Positions 17,461 through 26,500 of a stretch of 36,916 nt of DNA are shown piece after piece. Each line of letters opens with the position of its first letter. Positions within the stretch are counted from its first letter, which is position 1. This DNA is from a virus. Lineage: Duplodnaviria; Caudoviricetes. The position numbers and the translations under genes were made by a program. Location: the IMG/VR virus record IMGVR_UViG_3300049893_002571, positions 1-36,916 of that record; one strand, written 5' to 3'. The notes beneath the pieces are model-generated. The model saw nothing but the letters and a program-made list of their open reading frames with translations. It had not been told where the DNA came from and did no database searches.

Positions 17461-19169
17461 TGTTTCAAAAAGTCAAAGCAAAGCAAATCTTAGCTAGTAA
17501 AGAAAAGATTCGGGATCTCGTTAATAAGACCATCGATGATATGGCAACAATTGTTGGAGCTACACTCGGCCCCGGTGGAAATCCAGTCCTTATCGAACGA
17601 GATGGCCTACCTCCGCTAGTCACTAAAGATGGGGTAACTGTAGCTAAGAACATTGGTGTCTCTGACGCTGCAGCTAATACTATTGTAGAGGCTGCGAAAG
17701 AGATCTGTATCAATACAGCAAAAGAAGCTGGCGATGGAACAACTACAGCTATCGTTCTTGCCGATGCTCTTGTCAAAGAAGGCCAGAAATTTCTGGCATC
17801 TAGGCCTAAATATAATCCACAGCGTATGATTAACGAGCTGAATGATGCCTACACCAGCGTTGTAGTGCCCTTTCTTCGTGATGTTGCTGTAAAAGTTAAC
17901 AGTGAAGAACAACTTAAATTCGTTGCAACAATCTCTGCCAATGGTGATAAGGAGATTGCTGCAGTCGTTGTTAAGGCTGTTATGGATGCTGGTGATGATG
18001 GTACGGTTCTTATCAATGAAAGCCAGGGTGGAAAGACTTATGTTGAAGTAAGTGAGGGATATATCGTAACTACCGGCCTAAAAGATCTAGGTCAAATCGG
18101 TCCTGCCTTTATCAATGATAAGGCAAATCAACAGGTCAAGATGGATAAGGGTTATATCGTGCTGTACGACGGCTCGATGAACGATCTCAAGGTTCCTGGC
18201 CTAATTCAGGATGCTGTGGCTGATGACGGTGGATTCTCCGATGGAACTCCCATCATTGTGTTTGCCCATAGTTTTGCAGACAGTGTATTAGATAAGTTTG
18301 CAAAAACGACTAAGGGCGGTCTAACGGTAGTACCTGTTAAATCACCTAGGTCTGGTCTACCAAATGGCGCCTCTATGTTTCTAGAGGATATGGCTGCATA
18401 TACCGGAGCAAAAGTCTTTGATCCAGGCAATGTTGAAGATCTTGACGAAGATGGGCTAGGTCACTTTGAGAGTGCTCGTGTAAATACGTACGAGACCTTC
18501 ATCACAGCCCTTCCTGACGGTGATGCTGTTACTAAGCGTGTTGGAGAGTTAAAAGCTATTATGGAATCAGCCATGGGCGAACTCGACCGCTCATTCCTTA
18601 GAGCTGCTATTGCTAAGTTGACAGGTGGAGTTTCTACCATACACGTAGGTGGAGCCTCTGATCTTGAAATACGTGAAAAGAAGGCTCGTGTAGAAGATGC
18701 TGTTGAAGCTGTTCGTTCAGCTATTGCTGAGGGTATTGTTACTGGCGGTTGTGGCGTTCATCTTGTTCTATCGAACATAATCCACAATCATCCAGATAAA
18801 ACAGAAGCATGGTCTATCTTAGCAGATGCTTTACAAGCACCATTTCGACTACTGCTAAAGAACTGTGGCGAGGATCTTGATGAGGTTATGGCTGAATTCG
18901 GTGAACACATTCAGCAAGGATCAAACTCCAAGCGCCTTCCTTCTAAGGTTTTCGACGCCAATAGGCACAAAATGGTTGATCCAATGAGTGCAGGCATTAT
19001 TGAACCTGCTAAGGTAATAAGAGTAAGTGTTGGCAACGCACTATCGGTGGCATCATTGCTTACAACATTGGGAGGAATCGTCGTGGTTCCCCGTGATGTA
19101 AACTTTGAAGCTCAAGCTGAACTTGCTCAAGCTGCATTTAAAAACATGATGGAGACGGCAAATGATTGA
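17460..19169 (+). CDS. groEL: Chaperonin GroEL (phage-encoded)
   Basis: TLGPGG, TKDGVTVAK, AGDGTTTA, ATISANGD, AKLTGGV, EKKARVEDAVEA, GIVTGGC, GIIEPAKV. Confidence 0.95.
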   Translation: MFQKVKAKQILASKEKIRDLVNKTIDDMATIVGATLGPGGNPVLIERDGLPPLVTKDGVTVAKNIGVSDAAANTIVEAAKEICINTAKEAGDGTTTAIVLADALVKEGQKFLASRPKYNPQRMINELNDAYTSVVVPFLRDVAVKVNSEEQLKFVATISANGDKEIAAVVVKAVMDAGDDGTVLINESQGGKTYVEVSEGYIVTTGLKDLGQIGPAFINDKANQQVKMDKGYIVLYDGSMNDLKVPGLIQDAVADDGGFSDGTPIIVFAHSFADSVLDKFAKTTKGGLTVVPVKSPRSGLPNGASMFLEDMAAYTGAKVFDPGNVEDLDEDGLGHFESARVNTYETFITALPDGDAVTKRVGELKAIMESAMGELDRSFLRAAIAKLTGGVSTIHVGGASDLEIREKKARVEDAVEAVRSAIAEGIVTGGCGVHLVLSNIIHNHPDKTEAWSILADALQAPFRLLLKNCGEDLDEVMAEFGEHIQQGSNSKRLPSKVFDANRHKMVDPMSAGIIEPAKVIRVSVGNALSVASLLTTLGGIVVVPRDVNFEAQAELAQAAFKNMMETAND

Positions 19170-19911
19170 TAAACTTAAACAACTATGGCAATATGACTGG
19201 TTTAAAATCAGTACATCCCTATTACTAGGGATAGTAGTGGGTGTGATCTTTTATCCCAGTAAGACAATCACTGAACGAGAGACGCTCAAGCTTAAAGAGA
19301 GCTATGAACTCAAAATAAGCGAAATACAAAAGACTCATACTGAAGAGACCAAGGCCCTTAGTGAAAAACTAATTGCTGAAGAGTCTGCCCGTAAATCTCT
19401 TGAGATGGAATCATCTAAGAAACTTGAGATGTTAACTCAAGAAAACAAGAGTTTGAAACAGTCAAGTAAAAAACAGAAGTTTAAACTGGTAAAACCAGAT
19501 GGAACCATTGTTGAAAAAGAAATGGAGCAATCCAACTCCGAAGAAGTATCCAACATCGTTTCCTCTATTAAGGAGGAGTTTAATCAAAAGGTTAAATCTA
19601 TCGAAGAGCGCTGGAAGAAGGTACACGAAGAACGCATTGCAGAACTTAAGAAGAAATTTGATAAAGATATAGAAAAAGCTAGAAGTGAGCAGAAAGTTAT
19701 AGAAAAGACTGTAGAAAAAGAGAAGATAGTAGAAGTTAATAAGAAAAAACTACGCCCAGAAGTAGGCGCATCATACGATGGAACAAAAGACGTAAAAGGA
19801 TACTTCCACCTTTCATATCCCGTTGCAGGTCCTGTATTTATCGGCGGTGGTGCTAGCGGTAGCAAAACTGGATTCGGGGATGTTAGACTAGGACTTGGTT
19901 TGGAGTTATAA
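19162..19911 (+). CDS. Membrane-anchored coiled-coil protein with C-terminal amphipathic beta strands (spanin-like candidate)
   Basis: N-terminal hydrophobic helix ISTSLLLGIVVGVIFY; long K/E-rich coiled coil; C-terminus PEVGASY...GYFHLSYP...VFIGGGAS...VRLGLGLEL. Confidence 0.6.
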   Translation: MIDKLKQLWQYDWFKISTSLLLGIVVGVIFYPSKTITERETLKLKESYELKISEIQKTHTEETKALSEKLIAEESARKSLEMESSKKLEMLTQENKSLKQSSKKQKFKLVKPDGTIVEKEMEQSNSEEVSNIVSSIKEEFNQKVKSIEERWKKVHEERIAELKKKFDKDIEKARSEQKVIEKTVEKEKIVEVNKKKLRPEVGASYDGTKDVKGYFHLSYPVAGPVFIGGGASGSKTGFGDVRLGLGLEL

Positions 19912-20270
19912 TGCCGAAATATAGCTTTCAATGCCCATCTTGTGGGGCGGAAACGCAGATGTATGTTCCGCCTCTTGTAAAACAGGTAGAGTGCAAAATC
20001 TGTAGCGGAACTATGGATCGCCAAATGCCTTCATTAAATGGTCCAGCTAATGTGCGCGAGGTGATAGATAAACACACCGGTATAACATGGACCGATGGTC
20101 AACAGGATATGGTTAAAGAACGTAGAGAAGAATATTACTGGACTATCGAAGTACCCAAGCTTGTATCCTCTGGCACCTATAGTTTAGAAACCATGCTTGA
20201 GAATGGTTGGATCTGGGTTGATGATGCCAATAAAATCCACATCCATGACAAGCCCCCTCATAGAAGGTAG
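19911..20270 (+). CDS. FmdB-family zinc-ribbon protein
   Basis: MPKYSFQCPSCG...VECKICSGTMDRQMPS. Confidence 0.75.
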   Translation: MPKYSFQCPSCGAETQMYVPPLVKQVECKICSGTMDRQMPSLNGPANVREVIDKHTGITWTDGQQDMVKERREEYYWTIEVPKLVSSGTYSLETMLENGWIWVDDANKIHIHDKPPHRR

Positions 20271-20273
20271 ACA

Positions 20274-21986
20274 ATGAGAGTTAAAGAATTAGAAGCCGAG
20301 AATATACTGAGTATCGGCCGTATCTCTATTTCTTTTGCTAACTCAGGTTTGGTTTTGTTAGATGGCTGGAATCACGATGATAATTCTCATAATGGAGCAG
20401 GAAAAAGCTCTATCTTTAATGCTCTAGCGTTCGCGATCTACAACAAACTCCCAAGAAAAGTGACAGCCTCTGAGATTCTGCGTAAGGGTTGTAAGACTGG
20501 TTTTTCTAGAGTAGTTGTTCAGATCGGTAAAGATGAATTTGACATTAAGCGCAGTAGACCAAATGGTCTTGTTGTACTTAAAAATGGACAAGCTTGCCCA
20601 GAGATGTCGCAAGAACAGCTCGAAGCACTGATTGGCCTAACATACGACCAGTTCTTGATTTGCATGTATTCTGCCCAAACAGAATCTATGAAGCTGATAT
20701 CCCTCAATGACTCCTCAAAGAAAGACTTCTTCCTAAGGCTTCTTAGTCTAGAGGATTTTGCCGAGCGAAGAAAATTAGTTGATTCCATAATAAAAACCAA
20801 AACCCTTGAGCTGTCGGAGATGGAGCTTTCGCTAGGAAAGGTAGAAGCTAAGATCTCTGCATATAGCGAGAGTCTTATAGATGAAGAGGACGTGCTAGCT
20901 AAAATCGCAGCTGCTGACCCGTCTCTCCTAGAAAAAGAGCTTGTTGAACTATCTCATGTTCAAAAACCAGATATGTCTAAGTTTGATAAACTTGAATCTA
21001 CACTCAATGCTAAACTTAGAAATATTGCTTCGATAGAAGCATCCATCGGCTCTTCTCGACTCATGGTTAAGAAACTAGATAATGCAATCATGAGCCTGGA
21101 TAGCGATAGCATAAAGTGTCCTCATTGCAGTGAGGCCTTTGTTTTAGGCAATGACGGTCCAATGACAAAGCAGCACTTGCTAGACGAACGCGCCTCAAAC
21201 GTCGAGATTATAAACAATCTATCTAATGCCGTTTTAGAAAAAACATCCATTATGGATAATTTGGTAAAGCTTAAGACCAAGAGATCGGAGTCACTATCTC
21301 GATATGCAGAGACGTCCTCTAGGACCTCTGAATTAAGGGGTTTGATTGAGATGCGTAAGAGGTCGATTGTCTCTCTGAATGAGAAACTAGAGAAGCAGGG
21401 CGAGATTCAGGGAAAAATATCTAGCGCTAAAAACCTAATCACAGTGTTAAAGACTAAGATCTCAGCTCTTCGAGAAGAGCTTCTTGTATACGAAGCAGTG
21501 TCGTCTGCCCTATCTCCAACAGGGGCGCCGGCATATGTTGTTGACTCTGTGATTGATAGATTTAATGAAAAGGTGTCACAATACGTTTCGCTAGTATGGC
21601 CTAACGCCTCATACTCACTGCAGTCCTATAAGGAAAGCAAGTCTGGCGATATAAAGGCAAAATTTGGCGACAAGTTGACAATACAGAGTGTAGACCGATC
21701 GATCGGTAGCCTGTCAGGCGGAGAGCTGCGATGTCTATCGCTGGCGATTGACTTTGCGGTTATCGATGTCGTAGAGACAACGTTTGGTATCTCCATTAAC
21801 CCAATTATCTTAGATGAGCCCTTCGAAGGACTAGATTCCTTAAATAGGGAGCGCGTCATCGAGATCCTTGAAACACTATCTGTAGATAGACAGATCTGGA
21901 TAGTTGATCATGCTTCGGAAGCCAAATCTATGTTTTCCACTATCGTTAGGGTGGAGAAGAAAGATGGTATTTCCCTCATCGTCTGA
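20274..21986 (+). CDS. SbcC/Rad50/gp46-like recombination ATPase
   Basis: NGAGKSS, coiled coil with CPHC zinc hook, LSGGE, IILDEPFEGLD, IVDH. Confidence 0.92.
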   Translation: MRVKELEAENILSIGRISISFANSGLVLLDGWNHDDNSHNGAGKSSIFNALAFAIYNKLPRKVTASEILRKGCKTGFSRVVVQIGKDEFDIKRSRPNGLVVLKNGQACPEMSQEQLEALIGLTYDQFLICMYSAQTESMKLISLNDSSKKDFFLRLLSLEDFAERRKLVDSIIKTKTLELSEMELSLGKVEAKISAYSESLIDEEDVLAKIAAADPSLLEKELVELSHVQKPDMSKFDKLESTLNAKLRNIASIEASIGSSRLMVKKLDNAIMSLDSDSIKCPHCSEAFVLGNDGPMTKQHLLDERASNVEIINNLSNAVLEKTSIMDNLVKLKTKRSESLSRYAETSSRTSELRGLIEMRKRSIVSLNEKLEKQGEIQGKISSAKNLITVLKTKISALREELLVYEAVSSALSPTGAPAYVVDSVIDRFNEKVSQYVSLVWPNASYSLQSYKESKSGDIKAKFGDKLTIQSVDRSIGSLSGGELRCLSLAIDFAVIDVVETTFGISINPIILDEPFEGLDSLNRERVIEILETLSVDRQIWIVDHASEAKSMFSTIVRVEKKDGISLIV

Positions 21987-21998
21987 TATGATATAGCT

Positions 21999-22268
21999 AT
22001 GGATAAAGCTACATCAAAACTTTTAGAGTTAAGAGAAGCCCTTGAAAAGGCCATCACTTTGCCGTCTCCTAAGATGCCTAAAATACCAGGCCCACCAAAA
22101 GTAGATGCACCAGCTGCCCCAAAACAGCCTAACTTAACCCCAACTTCTAAAAAAGACCCAACTAAAGTGGCCCAGCAAATGGAAGATCCAGATGCTAAGG
22201 CTAACGCCCTCAAGATGGCTAAACAGAAGCTAACCCTCGCCAAGAACGGTCAATGGTCATTAGTATAA
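21999..22268 (+). CDS. Proline-rich hypothetical protein, probably leaderless
   Basis: 89 aa; TGaTATGAT hexamer at -12..-7 of the ATG and no SD; ends KLTLAKNGQWSLV. Confidence 0.7.
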   Translation: MDKATSKLLELREALEKAITLPSPKMPKIPGPPKVDAPAAPKQPNLTPTSKKDPTKVAQQMEDPDAKANALKMAKQKLTLAKNGQWSLV

Positions 22269-22287
22269 TTCTCATATTGGAGAATAT

Positions 22288-22698
22288 ATGGCCACCAAGA
22301 AGAAGCGTCCCAAATATAATGCTCAATCAGCCATAAGATCTGCACTTCGCAGAACTTTTTCTCGTTCACCTATGGTGCGAGAAGTAATGATGAAAGTTCG
22401 CAGAGAGCGTCCCTGGTTTAAAACCGACGGCTCACAAGCTGCCAAGCCCCGCGTAGAGTACTTGTGCTCAGTGTGCGGCGAATGGTATATGGGTAAAGAT
22501 ATACAGGTCGACCACAAAGATCCCGTTGTTGATCCTGCAATAGGTTTTGTAAACTGGGATACCTTTATTTCACGCTTATTCTGCGATGTTAATAACTTAG
22601 CCGTAATCTGTAAAAATGACCATAAAGCTAAAACAGATAGTGAAAAAGCAGCCGCTGTAGAAAGACGTAAACGCCTTAAGGAATCCGAGAATAGGTAA
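22288..22698 (+). CDS. HNH endonuclease
   Basis: YLCSVCG, IQVDHKDPV, NNLAVICKNDHKAKT; RBS GGAG. Confidence 0.85.
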   Translation: MATKKKRPKYNAQSAIRSALRRTFSRSPMVREVMMKVRRERPWFKTDGSQAAKPRVEYLCSVCGEWYMGKDIQVDHKDPVVDPAIGFVNWDTFISRLFCDVNNLAVICKNDHKAKTDSEKAAAVERRKRLKESENR

Positions 22699-22741
22699 AA
22701 TCGTTTTGTTACGGTGTTATTAATTTTTAAGGAGACATATT

Positions 22742-23038
22742 ATGGCAGTCGATCTAGGAAAAGCAAAGAAAATTCTAAGTCAAGCGTTCTTGGAAAACAA
22801 TGACAACGTGAGCGAGGATGAGGCCGCAGCTATGGTGGTTAAATCCGAGATGCAGATTAAGGCTCTTCGAGAAGAGATGAGCGCTGATGAAAAACTAGCT
22901 GCAGCCATTCAGATCACCAAGGATCTGAAGACTGGTTACAATAATGCCATTAAGTATGAAGAGGCTAAGATCCAGTATTTGCTAGCTAAAATCGAAGAAA
23001 TTCAGAGCGGCGAAGTCAACCCCAATGCTTCTGTCTAA
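22742..23038 (+). CDS. Hypothetical coiled-coil protein
   Basis: 98 aa; RBS AAGGAG; gTAAAAT hexamer at 22696-22701. Confidence 0.75.
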   Translation: MAVDLGKAKKILSQAFLENNDNVSEDEAAAMVVKSEMQIKALREEMSADEKLAAAIQITKDLKTGYNNAIKYEEAKIQYLLAKIEEIQSGEVNPNASV

Positions 23039-23089
23039 GTCCAAAGGATGATACAATAGTTATGTATCATCCTAATTGGAGAATGACAT

Positions 23090-23422
23090 ATGTCACTTAG
23101 ACTTACATATACTGGGGCCCTTGATACCAAGTTGGCTCAGGCACGAACTGCTGGATCTGACTTTGTTGGAGTAGATAATCTAGCTGCAATAACTACCGGA
23201 CTCAGTGCAGCCGCAGCTAAAGGCCAAAAGAAGTTCACACTGAATTATCCAGTGTCCTATCAGCCTGCCGATCTTCGCCTCCTAGGACCTCTTTGGGAAG
23301 CCTTTAAATCAGGTGTTGAACAAGGTCTTGCTGCCCAAGACATCATGGGTAATGAGGTTGTTGTGAAACTAAACACAAGCGATCAATTGTCTACCAGTAT
23401 CGATCTATCCTTCTCGTTCTAA
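23090..23422 (+). CDS. Hypothetical protein, monocistronic (possibly an abundant or virion protein)
   Basis: 110 aa; own TGaTACAAT element, RBS GGAG and a downstream terminator. Confidence 0.75.
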   Translation: MSLRLTYTGALDTKLAQARTAGSDFVGVDNLAAITTGLSAAAAKGQKKFTLNYPVSYQPADLRLLGPLWEAFKSGVEQGLAAQDIMGNEVVVKLNTSDQLSTSIDLSFSF

Positions 23423-23441
23423 AGAATCTTCGCTCCGCGAT

Positions 23442-23475
23442 AAAAGACGCTCCACTGTGGGCGTCTTTTTATTTT
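23442..23475 (+). terminator. Rho-independent terminator, potentially bidirectional
   Basis: AAAAGACGC-T-CCA-CTG-TGG-GCGTCTTTTTATTTT. Confidence 0.85.
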
Positions 23476-23522
23476 CGCCGTATCTGTAGAATACAACAGA
23501 ATTGTATTCAGAGGAGATACGC

Positions 23523-26500
23523 ATGAATTTTTTATGGGTTGACGTAGAGACAACTGGATTATATCCAGAGAAAAATGATATAGTCCAACTTGCGTGTATA
23601 CCTATAACTTTGGGTAAAGAGCAATCTCCGTTTAATGAATTCTGTCAGCCGGTGAATTGGCAGAATATAGAAGAGGGTGCGGTTAAGGCTCATGGCATCA
23701 CGGTCGAGCGCATGAGGACCTTCCAAACCCCTGTAGTTATGTTAGATAGGTTTATTGCATATCTTCGATCATTTAATACTAAGTTTGTTATTGCGGGATA
23801 TAACGTAAACTTCGACAAAAGATTTCTAAGCTCATTCTTTACGCGTAATGGTAGGGCTAATGAGTTTTTTGAATTATTTGAGCTACAGGTTCACGATACA
23901 TATACAAGAGCTCAAAAAGTAAAAACACTTCTTAAAACAGAAAACCTAAAACTTGCAACTCTAGCAAAGCACTTCGATATAAGCATTAATGCCCATGAAG
24001 CTATGTCGGATATTTCTGCTACGATAGGTGTCGATAGAAAGATCGGAGAATTGTTAGGCGAAGAGGCATTCACTGAAGAGGTAGTCGAGACATTACCCAC
24101 TATTCATTTGACAACCGAATTTAAGGAACCTGCTCAACTCCACCTACATTCTATGTATGGCATGGCGGAATCTGTTCCTTCTATAGAAGAGTGGGTCGAA
24201 TGGTGTAAGAAAACAAAGACACCAGGATTTAGCATAGTTGACCATGGGCCTGCTGTATCCATGTACCACATGACGCGTCTAAATGACCCTAGCATAGTAG
24301 GCATTCCAGGTGTCGGAATCTATATGTATAGAGACCACGAGCCAGACACCCTATATCCTATGAATGTTTGGGCAGTAAATAATGATGGTTATTTCAATTT
24401 AATGAAACTAGCATCACTAGGATACGACGAACAAGTAGTTCTAGACGGAGTCACCTATCCTAAGCTAAAAGTCGAGGTTGTTCATCAATACAAGAAGGGC
24501 CTATTATTTGGAGTCGCGGACGTATATGGACCTGTGGGTCAAGCCATACTTGAAGGCAATAGGGAAAAAGCTGTTGAGCGTTTTAGTGTATATCTGAATA
24601 ATTTTAAGGATCAGATGTATGTAGAGTTTAATCCGGTTTCTATACGCGAAACTTTCTCTACTAAGAGTGGCTTTCAGAAGATAAAAAAGAACTCGCTAGT
24701 GGTAGACGGAGATTGGAATAAGACTTATAATAAATTCTTGTCTGAGCTCGTAGATGAGCATAGTCTATCATGTGTTCCAGTAAGCGGCGCACACTTTATT
24801 GAGCCTGGTGACAAACTTCTGCAAGAGTGTATATCTAGAAACTCTTTTACCAGTGGAAAGTGCTACATCGAGTCTTATCATGTTAAGACTGCTAGCCAGC
24901 TATTTAAAGAGCTAAAGGGTCAACTAGGGGAGTGGTTGGACGAAGACAAGTTTGCTTCTTGGATTAACAACACCCACAAGATAATGGATGCGGCTAAAGA
25001 TATAAAGATAGCTTTCAGCTACAATATGCCCACAATAGAAATCCCTGATAGCATAAAAGCTAAGACCGATGACTATAATAAGCAAACTTTAATGTATGCA
25101 ATAGAGTTGTGCAAGAAACACGGTCGCTGGAGCGATGATCCTGTATACGTTGCTCGCTTCAAAAAAGAGATCGATGTAATCGTTAAAAACGAGGCTACAA
25201 ACTTCCTTCCGTACTTCTTGATGTACGAAGATATCTGTACCTATGCCCGTTCTTTAGGTATTCTTCAGAACATTGGTCGTGGTTCAGCTGGTGGCTGTTT
25301 ATTGTCATATTATCTAAAGATCATCCATATTGACCCAATTAAGGCCGATCTTCCCTTCGAGCGATTCTTGTCTCACGCACGTATTCGTGCTAAGTCTTTT
25401 CCAGATATTGACTGCGACTTTGGCGATAGGACAGAGATTCTTCGATATCTAGAGAAGAAGTATGGTCTCGGTTTTGCCCAGATCTGTACGTTTCAGAAGA
25501 TGAAGACTAAAAACGCTATCAAAGATGCTATGTGGGCACTTTATGGTAGAAATCGCGAAGATTTCGAGATCAAACAGTTGTGCGAGCTTATCCCTGACTC
25601 ACCTCAAGGTGTAGATGAGTATGACTTTATCTATGGCTTCACTGATAAAGAAGGCGTTGTTCATCAAGGCGTGGTAGAAACTGTCCCAGAAATTGCTCGA
25701 TTTTTCGAACAGTATCGTCAGGTCGAAGAGATGATTAAGCGCCTTATTGGTATTCCTAGGGGTTGGGGACGACATGCTTCAGCATTCGTTGTCTCAACAG
25801 TAGATCTATCCTCTAGTCGTGTTCCTACTATGCGTATGTGGGATAAGAATACCAATGAGATGATTCAGGTAACGCAATATGAAGCCCCAATGGTAGAGGC
25901 ATCTGGTCTAGTAAAAGCAGATATTCTAGGTGTAACCACTATTAACATGGTTTCTGAATGTCTTAGGTTGGTTAAGGAGCGCACAGGAATTGACTATCTT
26001 GAAGAAGATGATAAAGGTGTGGCAAAGATATATCGTCTACCAGACGATCAGGATGTATATGTTGACTTCTATCAGAAGAAGACCGACTCATCTTTCCAAT
26101 TCAACACATCCCTGATTAAGGGATACATACAGCAGTTCTGTCCTACTAGTCGAGAACACTTATCTGCTCTTACAGCTCTTTGCCGACCGGGTACACTAGA
26201 TGCACCCATGGTTAATGACGAGATAAAGAAAGATGATGGTATTTCTGCTGCGCAATACTATATGGATGTTCGCGGCGGTAGACGAAACCTAAGCTATCTT
26301 CATAAAGATCTAGCATCATGTACCTCTAACGGCGTCTTCGTATACCAAGAAGAGGTTATGAAGTTTCTAGTTGATATTGCTGGTTATACTCTAGAAGAAG
26401 CCGACCAGATTCGTGGTGCTATCGCAAAGAAAAAGCGCGAAATCATGATGGCGACCTTTGATCGTATTAGGGAATCAACAGCGGTTAGGGGTTGGACAAA

